This document shows, in pieces, positions 1-10,033 of a stretch of 64,000 nt of DNA. The notes beneath the pieces were generated by a model that ran no database searches, was not told the origin of the DNA, and saw nothing but the letters and a program-made list of their open reading frames with translations. A program made the position numbers and the translations under genes. The stretch's first letter is position 1. Every line of letters starts with the position of its first letter. Source of the stretch: an uncultured Planctomycetaceae bacterium (GTDB taxonomy: Bacteria; Planctomycetota; Phycisphaerae; SM23-33); the NCBI GenBank assembly GCA_964401835.1, contig CAYNZP010000009.1, forward strand, positions 18,020 to 82,019. The letters run 5' to 3'.

Positions 1-64
1 TATTGTTTTTCTGTCGTTTTGCAAATCTGTTGCTCATCGGGTCGCCAGCCATAATCGCTCTTTC

Positions 65-3000
65 CTAGGTATTCTTTCCGCAACATTTCTTGTATTTTTT
101 GCCAGAACCGCACGGACACGGGTCGTTCCTGCCGACTTTCGGTGCATCGCGCATAATTGTTTCGACTTTTTTCGGCTGCATTGCCGCCTGCTGATCGGCT
201 GCGTCCCGCGTGAAACGCTCATAGCCGGCCATCTGCTCGTGGACAGTATTGGATATCTGATAGACATTGGACATCTCCGCGCCAGCTGAGAGACGGACCT
301 TGAAGATCATGTCCGTTACCTTCTCACGAATGCCGTCGAGCATCTCGTGGAACATCCGGGACCCTTCCCTCTTGAACGCCAGGCGTGGGTCCTGTTCTGC
401 ATAACTTCGCAGGCCGATGCCGCTTTTGAGATGGTCCATCGCCAGCAGGTGGTCCTTCCAGCTGGAATCATAAATCTGAAGCAGGACGAACTGCTCAAGT
501 CTTGTCATCTCCCGCCGAAGGAAACTCTTGCCAGCCTGAAGCAATCTGTCAAAGACGTCTCCATTAAAGTCTTCAGGTGAAAGCTCTATATCGAAACGGT
601 TTTTTGCAAATTCAATAGCCGGCTCCATGTCTGGCGCTTCGCCCAGGCTGTCGCGGATCAGTTCCTCGAGTTTATCGCCGTCATTCCACTGCTCACAAAG
701 GCTCACTAACTGGTAGTGAATGTCCTCGAGCTTTCTGCCACGGAAATCTTCGGTGGTGAAATCCTCGTTGAACTTATGATTGACCCATTTGACGAGATTT
801 TCCAGGGCATAGACATTTTCGGTTCCTGCCTGGGCAATTGTCATCTCAATGGCATGCACGACCGGATATTCTATCTCGCGCCGCTGGTAGGCCTGATCGA
901 CCTTTTTACCTACCGCTTCTCTGGCGTCAGCTGCCGAGCCGGTGAGTTCTTCGGGCGTCAGTTCAATATTGAAACTGCTCTTGACCCACTCGGCCATCGA
1001 GCGTTGAGGGAAATCTTCCCGAAGGAAACGCCCAGCCGGTGTAACGTCCAAATGGTCGATTATCTCGAACGCAGACTTGGTAAGCTCCTGTTCCACCTCT
1101 TGCGGATTCATCTTCCGCAGTTGATTCTGGGAGATGTTCACGTTGAACCGGCTCATCGCCCAACTGCTCAGGCCGCGAAGGTCCCACTGGCCGGCTTCCA
1201 TGTCGGGATCCATATACTCGCCAAGCGTCATTGAAATATTGGATGCGGCTTCGTCCCTGGCGATTTCTTTGAGCTTGTCTTCAAGATCGCCCAGCTCTTC
1301 GAGTGTCCGGACTGAAATTTGTTCTTCGCGAACCGGAATTTGCAGCGTCTGTCTGGCCCATTCGGCGATGCAACGCTGTACATAATCGCCCTCGATATAA
1401 TTCCCCACAGCCTCATCTACCGACTCGAGCACCATATCCAGAACCACGCCCTCAAGGTCCTGGCCATCAAGGATTGCCTGCCGGCGAGAGTAGAAGCCGT
1501 GCCGCTGAAAATCCATTACCTCGTCATATTCGAGAAGGTTTTTGCGGATTTCAAAGTTTCGCTCTTCAACCTTTTTCTGTGCTCGAGCAATGCCCTTGGA
1601 AATCCGGCGGTCTTCGATGGCCATATCCCCCTGCAAGCCAAGCCAGCTTAGCACCTTCAAAGTCCAGGGCCCGGCAAAAATCGCCATCAGATCATCCCGC
1701 AAGGAGATAAAGAACCTGCTCGAGCCGGGGTCGCCCTGTCTGCCGGCTCGACCTCGAAGCTGATTGTCGATACGCCTGGCTTCGTGGCGTTCGGTACCGA
1801 CAATGTGCAGGCCGCACGGCACTTCCTGCCGGCAAGCCCCCTTGCCTCGCGAAGGAAAATCCGGATCTATTTTCGGCTTGAAACAATGCCCGCAATTAGT
1901 GGACGGGTCATATTGGGTGCAACATATACAACATTTGTTGGTGCCCGCCGGGAAAAGTTCTTCCATCTCCACGCCCAACTGCTCAAATTTTTCCGCACCT
2001 GGAACATGGCAGTTTTTCCAGACAACGCCATCTCCAAGTTTGATATCGGTACCACGGCCGGCCATGTTTGTTGCTATGGTAACCATGCCGACCAGCTCTT
2101 TGGCGCCCGGCTTAATTGGAATGCGCTGACCGGCGTTTTTTACGATTTCGCCTTCCAGGTCGGCGTCCTGGATTCGGCCGTTGAGTACCTGATGCTCTAC
2201 ACCGTAACGGTGCTGGAGCAGATTGGATATTTTTTCCGATTTCTCGATGCTGGTCGTGCCGACCAGAACCGGCCTGCCCCGTTTGCTGACGTTGTTAATC
2301 TCCTCAACGACGGCTGAATATTTGCCATCGACCTCCCCGAAGATGCGGTCGTTATGGTCCATCCGGTTGACAGGCCTGTGCGTGGTAACTGATACGACAT
2401 CGAGCTCGTAAATCTTCATGAACTCGTCAGCCTCGGTCATGGCGGTACCGGTCATGCCGGCGAGTTTCTTATAAAGCTTGAAATAGTTCTGGATGGTGAT
2501 GGTCGCGAGGGTCTGGGTTTCTTCCTTGACGGTAACCCTTTCCTTGGCCTCGACCGCCTGATGCAAGCCGTCCGACCACTGCCGGCCAACCATGAGTCTG
2601 CCGGTGAATTCATCGACAATGATTACCTCGCCATTCTGGACTACATAATCTTTATCCCGCTCATAGACCAGATGGGCTCGCAGGGACTGTTCCATAAGGT
2701 GCGGCCATTCCATATTCGCACCGACATAAAAACTGCCCACTCCTGCGATTTCCTGGGCTGTTGATACGCCTTCGTGTGTCATGTGGGCCGACTTCTTATC
2801 CAACTCGACCTCGAAATACTTCACTTCCTGATCGCGATGGGCCTCGGCTTCGACGAGTTGGGCCTGGGTTTGCTCGATTTGCTTTTCGACATTCTTGGCT
2901 TTGTCGCCCTTGGCCTTGGATAGCTCACCGGAAAGTGCCTTGAGCTCGCGATGGAGAGACTCGACCTTGCTGTTTGCCCTGTCCCAGGGCCGGTTCTTGC

Positions 3001-3757
3001 TGACCAGATCCCGGGAAATACTGTCAACCTTGGCATAACGGTCGGTCTGGCCGTAAGCCGGGCCCGAGATGATAAGCGGGGTGCGAGCTTCGTCGATGAG
3101 TATGCTGTCGACTTCGTCCACAATCGCGAAACCGAGCTGGCCCTGTACCTGCTCGGAAGTGGAAAGCTTCATATTATCGCGAAGATAATCGAAGCCGAAC
3201 TCGCTGTTCGTGCCATATGTTACGTCGCAGGCATATTCCGCCTGCCTTTCGGTGTTATCCATTCCCGCGGTAATTCGGCCTACACTAACTCCTAGCATCT
3301 CGAAAATCGGCCTGGCAAAGGCGGCATCACGCTTGACCAGATAATCGTTGGTCGTAATTACATGAGCCTTCAAGCCTTCAAGAACGGCCATGTAGATAGC
3401 CGGATAGCATGCGATTGTCTTTCCCTCGCCGGTTGCTTCTTCGGCAATCCAGCCCTCATCGAGAATCATTCCCGCAACTAGCTGGACGTCGAACTGACGG
3501 TGATTCTGCGCCCGGCGAGACGCTTCGCGGACAAGCGCAAAGGCCTCAGCCTTGATGTTATCCCTGTTTTCGCCATCAGCCATACGGCTGCGGAGCTCGT
3601 TGCTTCGCTCGAGCACCTTCTCGTCACTGAGCGCACGCATCTGGTCTTCCAGGGGGTTAATCCGCTCATGGACGAAGTTTGCATATTTGCGGACGAGCCG
3701 TTCATTCCGGCTGCCACCGATGAGCTTGAGAAATATTTTTTGCATGAGTCCGAACAT
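65..3757 (-). CDS. secA: Preprotein translocase ATPase SecA (long form, 1230 aa)
   Basis: DEAD-like motor motifs (GRGTDIKLG, GLHIVGTERHEARRIDNQLRGRAGRQGDPGSSRF) and a C-terminal zinc-binding tail (CPCGSGKKYKKCCG). Carries a Cys-rich insert and an extended C-terminal region. Confidence 0.95.
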   Translation of the reverse strand: MFGLMQKIFLKLIGGSRNERLVRKYANFVHERINPLEDQMRALSDEKVLERSNELRSRMADGENRDNIKAEAFALVREASRRAQNHRQFDVQLVAGMILDEGWIAEEATGEGKTIACYPAIYMAVLEGLKAHVITTNDYLVKRDAAFARPIFEMLGVSVGRITAGMDNTERQAEYACDVTYGTNSEFGFDYLRDNMKLSTSEQVQGQLGFAIVDEVDSILIDEARTPLIISGPAYGQTDRYAKVDSISRDLVSKNRPWDRANSKVESLHRELKALSGELSKAKGDKAKNVEKQIEQTQAQLVEAEAHRDQEVKYFEVELDKKSAHMTHEGVSTAQEIAGVGSFYVGANMEWPHLMEQSLRAHLVYERDKDYVVQNGEVIIVDEFTGRLMVGRQWSDGLHQAVEAKERVTVKEETQTLATITIQNYFKLYKKLAGMTGTAMTEADEFMKIYELDVVSVTTHRPVNRMDHNDRIFGEVDGKYSAVVEEINNVSKRGRPVLVGTTSIEKSEKISNLLQHRYGVEHQVLNGRIQDADLEGEIVKNAGQRIPIKPGAKELVGMVTIATNMAGRGTDIKLGDGVVWKNCHVPGAEKFEQLGVEMEELFPAGTNKCCICCTQYDPSTNCGHCFKPKIDPDFPSRGKGACRQEVPCGLHIVGTERHEARRIDNQLRGRAGRQGDPGSSRFFISLRDDLMAIFAGPWTLKVLSWLGLQGDMAIEDRRISKGIARAQKKVEERNFEIRKNLLEYDEVMDFQRHGFYSRRQAILDGQDLEGVVLDMVLESVDEAVGNYIEGDYVQRCIAEWARQTLQIPVREEQISVRTLEELGDLEDKLKEIARDEAASNISMTLGEYMDPDMEAGQWDLRGLSSWAMSRFNVNISQNQLRKMNPQEVEQELTKSAFEIIDHLDVTPAGRFLREDFPQRSMAEWVKSSFNIELTPEELTGSAADAREAVGKKVDQAYQRREIEYPVVHAIEMTIAQAGTENVYALENLVKWVNHKFNEDFTTEDFRGRKLEDIHYQLVSLCEQWNDGDKLEELIRDSLGEAPDMEPAIEFAKNRFDIELSPEDFNGDVFDRLLQAGKSFLRREMTRLEQFVLLQIYDSSWKDHLLAMDHLKSGIGLRSYAEQDPRLAFKREGSRMFHEMLDGIREKVTDMIFKVRLSAGAEMSNVYQISNTVHEQMAGYERFTRDAADQQAAMQPKKVETIMRDAPKVGRNDPCPCGSGKKYKKCCGKNT

Positions 3758-3880
3758 AAATACGCCTTAATTACTGTGCCAGTTATTAGATAGTTCCGTA
3801 AGTATCTCACTTTAGACCAAGCCCAGTCAAGCACGGTAAGGTCAATAGATGTGTAAAATCAGATTTTCTTCGAGGAAATC

Positions 3881-6055
3881 TCAGAAAAACAGGCTTCCGA
3901 CCTGATAAACACCAGCCGTTATGACCCACGCCAATGCCGTCAGGAACACCCACTGGAAAAGCGCCCACTTCCAGGTACCGCTTTCATGGATGGTAATAGC
4001 CACGGTCATCACACAGGGCGAAGCTATAAGTATAAAAAGCATGATGCAGAAACCCTGAAGCGGATGATAAGCCGAAGCGAGCTTGTCTCTGAGAGGTTCA
4101 GATGTCTCGTCAGCACTCTCGCCCAACGCATAAATAACGCCCATCTGCCCTATAAAAACTTCCTTGGCGACGAACGCGCCGACCATGGCCGTCGATATCT
4201 TCCAATCGAAACCGCATGGTGCGAGGACAGGCGCGATTGTCTTGCCCACTTGGCCTATAGCGGAATTTTCCAATTGGGCCTGGGCGCGGTAATTTTCAAT
4301 TTCATTGAACTTGACGGCTTTGTCCTGGGCGGACAGGTCCGAATCAGCCTCTATGCCCTGCTGCATCTGGGCATAGGCCTGATTCTTGTCCTCACTCAGG
4401 CCCGGCCAATTTCCCAAGGCCCAGAGTATCACAACAAGGACAAGGATTAACGTGCCAGCCTTTCTGACGTACATCCACGCACGTTCCCACATATGCACCA
4501 CCAAGCCGCGAAGTGTCGGAAGCCGGTAAGGCGGAAGTTCCATGACAAACGGCGTGGTTTCGCCTTTAAGGACCGTTCCACGCAAAATTTTGGCCCCAAC
4601 AATGGCGAGAACTATCCCTGTCAGATAGACCAGCCATAAAAGTAGCGCCTGGTTCGTTATACCCAAAAACTCAACTACGGTTTTCTTCGGAAAAAATGCG
4701 CCCAATATGAGAACATAGACCGGTAGCCTGGCTCCGCAGCTCATAAGCGGCAAGACTATCATTGTCGTCAGCCGATCCCTCCGTGTTTCCAACATCCGCG
4801 TAGCCATGATTCCCGGCACAGAGCAACCGAAACCAATGAGCATCGGAATAAAACTTTTACCGTGCAGGCCTATCTTGTGCATCAACCTGTCCATCAGGAA
4901 CGCAGCCCGGGCCATGTATCCGGTGTCTTCAAGAAAGGCTATTCCCAAAAACAGAAGCACAATAAACGGCACAAAAACAATTACCGCTCCGACGCCTTCG
5001 ATTATCCCGTTAGCCAGCAGGTTCATCAGCAGATTCTCCTGTCCGCCGGCTTCCCTTACAAAATCGGCCAACATGGTCTTTCCCACTTCAAGCCAGCCAA
5101 CGATAGGCCCGCCTATAGCGAATGTCAGCTGAAAGACCAGATACATCATCAGTGCAAATATCGGCATGCCCAGCCAGCGATGAGTCAGAATCGCGTCTAT
5201 CTGATCGCTCCTTGCGTGGCGAACTTCAACGGTATTGGTTACCGCCTCCGTGCAGGCACCGGAAATGAAGCCATAACGGCGGTCAGCAAGTATGATCCCC
5301 GGCAGGTCGCCGCAGATTTTGTGGATATGATCCTGAATATGCTTCGTCTGGTCCTGGACCTCACCAAAGTGCTGCGGGCTGTGGTGCCTGAGCCTTTTGA
5401 CAGTTTCTTTATCGCCGGCTAGCAGCTTTAATGCAAACCATCGCTTGTGCAAATCCACTTCAACTTTTTCCGTAATCAACTCCGTTAGCTTTTGCACATG
5501 CGGCTCGACTTCATGGCCGTAACTGGGATGCCGCTGGCGAGAAATGAAGGCCTCTGGGTCTTTCGCTATTTCCACTGCCTCATCGAGAAGGCCGTCGATA
5601 CCTTTTGCCTTATTGCCAACTGTCTTGATTATCGGCACACCGAATAGCTGCGAGAGTTTTTCAATATCTATGCTCAGGCCGCGTCCCTGCGAGATATCCG
5701 TCATATTGAACGCAAGCAGCAAAGGCACACCAAGCTCGATAAGTTGGACCGCAAGGTAAAGGTTTCTTTCAAGGTTTGCCGAATCGATGATGTCTATAAC
5801 GACATCCGGCTTTTCATCGAGAAGAAAGTTTCTCGCAACAACTTCTTCAATGGAATTGGCTGTCAGGCTGTAGGTGCCGGGCAAATCCACGATGTTTATG
5901 TCCAGGCCATCGTAGCTGCATTTGCCTTCCTTTTTCTCAACTGTCACGCCTGGATAATTTCCGACATGCTGACGAGAACCGGTCAACTGATTAAAAATCG
6001 TTGTCTTGCCGGAGTTAGGATTACCCGCCAGCGCAATTGTTATACTGTTGTTCAT
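3881..6055 (-). CDS. feoB: Ferrous iron transporter FeoB (GTPase plus permease)
   Basis: N-terminal G-domain (IALAGNPNSGKTTIFNQLTG) followed by a polytopic membrane domain, 724 aa. Confidence 0.9.
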   Translation of the reverse strand: MNNSITIALAGNPNSGKTTIFNQLTGSRQHVGNYPGVTVEKKEGKCSYDGLDINIVDLPGTYSLTANSIEEVVARNFLLDEKPDVVIDIIDSANLERNLYLAVQLIELGVPLLLAFNMTDISQGRGLSIDIEKLSQLFGVPIIKTVGNKAKGIDGLLDEAVEIAKDPEAFISRQRHPSYGHEVEPHVQKLTELITEKVEVDLHKRWFALKLLAGDKETVKRLRHHSPQHFGEVQDQTKHIQDHIHKICGDLPGIILADRRYGFISGACTEAVTNTVEVRHARSDQIDAILTHRWLGMPIFALMMYLVFQLTFAIGGPIVGWLEVGKTMLADFVREAGGQENLLMNLLANGIIEGVGAVIVFVPFIVLLFLGIAFLEDTGYMARAAFLMDRLMHKIGLHGKSFIPMLIGFGCSVPGIMATRMLETRRDRLTTMIVLPLMSCGARLPVYVLILGAFFPKKTVVEFLGITNQALLLWLVYLTGIVLAIVGAKILRGTVLKGETTPFVMELPPYRLPTLRGLVVHMWERAWMYVRKAGTLILVLVVILWALGNWPGLSEDKNQAYAQMQQGIEADSDLSAQDKAVKFNEIENYRAQAQLENSAIGQVGKTIAPVLAPCGFDWKISTAMVGAFVAKEVFIGQMGVIYALGESADETSEPLRDKLASAYHPLQGFCIMLFILIASPCVMTVAITIHESGTWKWALFQWVFLTALAWVITAGVYQVGSLFF

Positions 6056-6504
6056 TTCTCTTTCGCTTCTGGGCCCCGGCAGTGACGCGCAAAGGCCTTT
6101 GATATATTTTTGCTGTTTGAAATTGGGCCATCGATAAACTTCACGAACTTTACGAACCTGTTGATGATCTTCTTTGGAATGGCGTGCTCCATCTTGCAGG
6201 CTGCCTCATCTGCAATGTCATCTTCGACGGCAAGCACCCTCGTAAAAAAATCTTTCAGGACTTCGTGTCTTCGAACTATATCCCGGGCAATAGATTCACC
6301 CTTATCTGTGAGCGTAATCACGTCATAAGGCGAATAGTTAACCAGGTGCTTCTCGCAAAGTGCATGCAACGCCCCTGTAACGGAACTGCGAGTTACACCC
6401 AGACGCTTGCTGATATCGGTGGCCCGCACAGCCTGCTTGCTGTTTACAATCTGGAAAATAGCCTCCAGATAGTCTTCCAAACTGGCACTCAAAAGCTCTG
6501 ACAC
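6052..6504 (-). CDS. DtxR/MntR-family metal-dependent transcriptional repressor
   Basis: wHTH (ATDISKRLGVTRSSVTGALHALCEKHLV) plus a metal-binding/dimerisation region. Overlaps feoB by 4 nt (ATGA), consistent with one operon. Confidence 0.75.
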   Translation of the reverse strand: MSELLSASLEDYLEAIFQIVNSKQAVRATDISKRLGVTRSSVTGALHALCEKHLVNYSPYDVITLTDKGESIARDIVRRHEVLKDFFTRVLAVEDDIADEAACKMEHAIPKKIINRFVKFVKFIDGPISNSKNISKAFARHCRGPEAKEK

Positions 6505-6525
6505 TAAGTAAACCTCTCCAAATAT

Positions 6526-6544
6526 TATTAGGAAAGCCTAACTT
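6526..6544. promoter_or_regulatory. Putative DtxR/IdeR-type iron box (TTAGGAAAGCCTAACTTTA)
   Basis: Imperfect 19-bp palindrome resembling the IdeR/DtxR operator consensus TTAGGTTAGGCTAACCTAA (about 14/19 matches), directly upstream of the dtxR-feoB operon start. Confidence 0.4.
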
Positions 6545-6678
6545 TATGCGTTTCGACGAACAATTGCAACTATTTTTTCCTTCCAGAACGGGAAGTTTCC
6601 TTTTTTTACGCCGCTTGACCCCAGCGGTTTATGGGCATAAGTTATTCATGGACGCATAACTTTTTTGGGGAGCCAGCT

Positions 6679-7803
6679 ATGACAAAGAACAAATCTATTG
6701 GGCTCGGGCTCATTGGCTGCGGCGACTTCGGCCGTTTCTGCATGGAAGCCTTCAGTGGAATTGAGGGAGTAAAACCCGCCGCCGTCGCGGACATAGTGCC
6801 CCCGGCAGCTGATGCAATGGGCAAGGCCTTGGGCGTGCCGGCCTTCCATAGCCCAGAAGAACTTATCGCATGCGAGGCAGTGGACGTCGTCCACATAGCC
6901 ACTCCTCCTTCGAGTCATTACGACATTGTCATGTCTGCTCTCGAAGCAGGAAAACACATCCTCTGCGAAAAGCCGTTGGCAATGGACAACGCCCAGGCAA
7001 CAGAGATGGTCGAAAAAGCCCAGTCCAAAAAGCTTACCATGCCTGTAAACTTCGTCCTGCGGTATAACGACGTCGTTGATACACTCAAGGCCGTTATAGA
7101 TTCAGGCGCGCTCGGAAAGGTATTGAGGGCGCAGCTGACAAATTGCGCATCTGACCACAAGTTGATGCCCAAACACTGGTTCTGGAATAAAAGTATTTCC
7201 GGCGGAATCTTTATCGAACACAGCGTCCACTTTTTCGATCTTTATAGGCATTTACTCGGGGACGGCGAGGTAATCTTCTCCCACACTGAAAGCCGCGAAT
7301 CTGACGGCATAGAGATGGAAGACCGTGCCATGTGCAGCGTCCGCCACGACAGTGGCACGATTGCGAGTCAATATCACTGCTTCGATCAGCCCCTGCCAAT
7401 GGACCGGACCAATCATCGGCTGGTTTGCGAAATGGGAGATATTTTCATTGAAGGTTGGATTCCGCTGGAGATGAGAATCGACGCGGTTGTTAACGAGGAG
7501 TCTCTTGGCAAATTAATAGAGTGCTGCCCCGACTGCGATGTCGAAGTGATCGAAGAATACGCAGGTCGAGACGAGCCGATTATCGGCCGAAGTTTAGTCA
7601 GAGATGTCGATCGGCGAATTTGTCTGACTTACGTCCCTACTACCGAAAAGCAGGCCGTTTACGCACAAAGCGTACGAGACCTGTTTGCCGATCAAATAGC
7701 TTTTATAAAAGACCCCAGCCACGCCAGAGAGGTAACCGAAACCAATGGACTCGATGCGGTGAGGTTAGCGGAGAAAGCGACAAAATTGGCCCAAGAGTCG
7801 TAA
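6679..7803 (+). CDS. Gfo/Idh/MocA-family NAD(P)-dependent oxidoreductase
   Basis: Rossmann GxGxxG (IGCGDFGRF) and the EKP motif (HILCEKPLA). Start most likely at the ATG at 6679 rather than the upstream in-frame ATG at 6631. Confidence 0.8.
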   Translation: MTKNKSIGLGLIGCGDFGRFCMEAFSGIEGVKPAAVADIVPPAADAMGKALGVPAFHSPEELIACEAVDVVHIATPPSSHYDIVMSALEAGKHILCEKPLAMDNAQATEMVEKAQSKKLTMPVNFVLRYNDVVDTLKAVIDSGALGKVLRAQLTNCASDHKLMPKHWFWNKSISGGIFIEHSVHFFDLYRHLLGDGEVIFSHTESRESDGIEMEDRAMCSVRHDSGTIASQYHCFDQPLPMDRTNHRLVCEMGDIFIEGWIPLEMRIDAVVNEESLGKLIECCPDCDVEVIEEYAGRDEPIIGRSLVRDVDRRICLTYVPTTEKQAVYAQSVRDLFADQIAFIKDPSHAREVTETNGLDAVRLAEKATKLAQES

Positions 7804-8166
7804 TTAGCCGATCGCTTTAAATTCTTTCATGGCGGCTGATTCGTCGTCGGCAAAGGTCATTATTTTGTCCAGCCCCATGACCTTGAATATCTCACGCAAA
7901 CTTGGACGCAAACCGCAAAGTACGACCTTGCCCTTTATCGCCTTGGATTTTTTATTCAATGCCGCCAGGACGCCCAGCATCTGCGAAGAAAGGAAGCTTA
8001 CCTTGCTGAAATCGACAATAATCTTTCGACAGGCGCGGTCATCCACGAGGCTGTAAAGTGAATTGCCGATTTCTTCGATGGCCACCATATCCAGAAGTGA
8101 CTGAACCTGCAGCCTCGCTATCGTTACATCCATTAACTTGGAAACAATTAATCCCTGGGCAGCCAT
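7804..8166 (-). CDS. STAS-domain anti-sigma-factor antagonist (SpoIIAA-like)
   Basis: 120 aa with the STAS pattern (IIVDFSKVSFLSSQMLGVL...LCGLRPSLREIFKVMGLD). Confidence 0.7.
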   Translation of the reverse strand: MAAQGLIVSKLMDVTIARLQVQSLLDMVAIEEIGNSLYSLVDDRACRKIIVDFSKVSFLSSQMLGVLAALNKKSKAIKGKVVLCGLRPSLREIFKVMGLDKIMTFADDESAAMKEFKAIG

Positions 8167-8243
8167 GTTTACCTCATAATTTAATTCGACCCAGGCAGAA
8201 GTTTACAACAGTCAGTTTTTGGGCACAATAAAATAGCAAAATA

Positions 8244-8420
8244 AGAGCCCCTAATAAAACCTCCCGCGGCCGCGACGCCTGATTTTTTGTTCGCAGACAA
8301 GAAGCGAGGAAGATACGATGCTTCGAGCATCATTGACTTTCGAGTGACGATGTATGCGGACAAAAGGGTCGGCGTCCCGTAGGGTTTGGCCGAAAATCGG
8401 CGTCTGCCGCGTTGCGGCTC
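8244..8420 (+). repeat. Conserved ~177-bp intergenic repeat, copy A
   Basis: Near-identical (few mismatches) to the reverse complement of 29993-30168. Contains CTCCCGCGGCCGCGACGCC and GCATCATTGACTTTCGAG blocks. Confidence 0.85.
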
Positions 8421-8476
8421 TACAACAAAACCAGATAAATTACCCGCAAGATTATTTTATTTGAAGGAAAGGTAAG

Positions 8477-8959
8477 ATGGAGCGGTTTTTCAAGCGGATG
8501 GGTAGAAAAAAACGCTGGCTGGCCCTGTCGTTGGCAGCAGTTGGCGTCGTCTTGCTGGTTGTGGGCTTGAGCCTTTTTATCTCTAACAGCCAAGACCAAA
8601 GCAAACGCAGTGTCGGAGCCTGCCTGATCTTTTTTGGCATGATCTTTCTGGCTTTGGGGGTAACTATCTTTAAACCGCCAAGGTCGACAATTGATGATGA
8701 AAAACTTAAACTTCTGAAAACTAAATCAAATCTTTCTCAGAAACAAATACAATACGCGATCAAGGCTGTCCTTTTCCGCAACGGAAACAACGGCGTCAAG
8801 ATTAACGACCTGACGACGGAGTTGCAGTTGTCTTATGGCGTAAATAAGTTCGACACTATCAGGGTGGCCAAGTTGCTCGAAAGGAAAGGCCAGGCCATTT
8901 TAGAGGTTCCATTTTCCGCCGACACAGGCGAGACTCTTGTATTCTGGGTCGAATCGTAA
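8477..8959 (+). CDS. Hypothetical membrane protein
   Basis: One or two N-terminal TM helices (WLALSLAAVGVVLLVVGLSLFI; LIFFGMIFLALGVTIF). No recognisable domain. Confidence 0.45.
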   Translation: MERFFKRMGRKKRWLALSLAAVGVVLLVVGLSLFISNSQDQSKRSVGACLIFFGMIFLALGVTIFKPPRSTIDDEKLKLLKTKSNLSQKQIQYAIKAVLFRNGNNGVKINDLTTELQLSYGVNKFDTIRVAKLLERKGQAILEVPFSADTGETLVFWVES

Positions 8960-9034
8960 GAGCTTGCACAAACATCCCGTTAGCTGTACCATCGAGTCAC
9001 TAAGGGGGTAGTCCCCATTTAATGAGGTGCCTGC

Positions 9035-10033
9035 ATGATCTCACGCGTCCATAGCAGCATTCTCCAGGGCATCGAAGCTGTTGGCTGTGAAGTGGAAGCC
9101 GACGTTGCCCGGGGCGGAATGGGAGAACTCAAACTCGTCGGGCTGGCAGAAGCTTCCGTCAAGGAGTCCGTCTCTAGGATACAGGCTGCACTAAGAAACA
9201 GCGGCTATCGCTGGCCGGGGCCCAAGGTGACGATCAATCTTGCCCCTGCCGACGTGCGGAAAGACTCTGCCGCATTCGATCTTCCTATTGCCATTGCTGT
9301 CAGCATTGCTGGGGGAATTTTTGCCACCGAGAAGATCGACGACTATTTGCTGATTGGCGAACTCGCCCTTGATGGCCGCATCAGGCCAATAAAAGGTGCA
9401 CTCGCCACCGCCATGCTCGCAAAGCGGACCAACTATCGAGGAGTAATCGTTCCAGTCGACAATGCAGCTGAAGCGGCCGTCGTCGAAGGCTTGGACGTGA
9501 TTCCCGTACGGTTCCTCGCAGATGCCGTCGGATTTTTGACCGATGAATTGCCCATCGAACCCAAATTTCTGGACCTTGAAGACACCTTTAATATCGCCTC
9601 TGCATATGATGTCGATTTCGGTGACGTTCGCGGGCAGGAGTCTGCCAAGCGGGCCCTTACCATCTCCGCTGCCGGCCATCACAATGTCATCATGATAGGC
9701 CCGCCGGGCACCGGCAAGACAATGCTCGCCAAGCGGATGCCGACAATACTTCCGCCGCTCACATTGGATGAGTCTTTGGAAACAACTCGTGTCTACTCCG
9801 CACGAGGCCTGCTTGAACCGGGCGACTCTCTGGTGGTATCCCGGCCGGTACGCACGCCGCACCACTCCACCAGCGCCCCTGCCCTCATCGGCGGTGGCAG
9901 CGTGCCCCAGCCCGGCGAAGTTTCGCTGGCCCATCATGGCGTTTTATTTCTTGATGAGTTTCCCGAGTTTGCCCGCGCCACACTTGAGATGATTCGCCAG
10001 CCGCTCGAAACAAGTATAATAATTTCTATATAA
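9035..10033 (+). pseudogene. comM: comM/yifB (Mg-chelatase-like AAA+ ATPase) N-terminal fragment, disrupted by island insertion
   Basis: Lon-like N-domain, Walker A ([12 protein letters not shown]) and Walker B ([10 protein letters not shown]). Reading frame ends abnormally ([12 protein letters not shown]) exactly where GC content drops. Confidence 0.85.

Noticed and set aside
716-2317. Several 100-180-aa ORFs on the + strand
   Set aside because: All lie within and antisense to secA.
6631-6678. N-terminal extension of the Gfo/Idh/MocA ORF from the ATG at 6631
   Set aside because: The Rossmann fold begins right after the ATG at 6679. The upstream 16 codons lack homology.
8181-8363. 60-aa ORF inside repeat copy A (and 29919-30125 inside copy B)
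   Set aside because: The two repeat copies are inverted, so these ORFs are not homologous at protein level. The repeat is better explained as non-coding.
9191-9937. 248-aa ORF on the - strand
   Set aside because: Antisense to the comM N-terminal fragment. Low-complexity Gly/Arg-rich translation.
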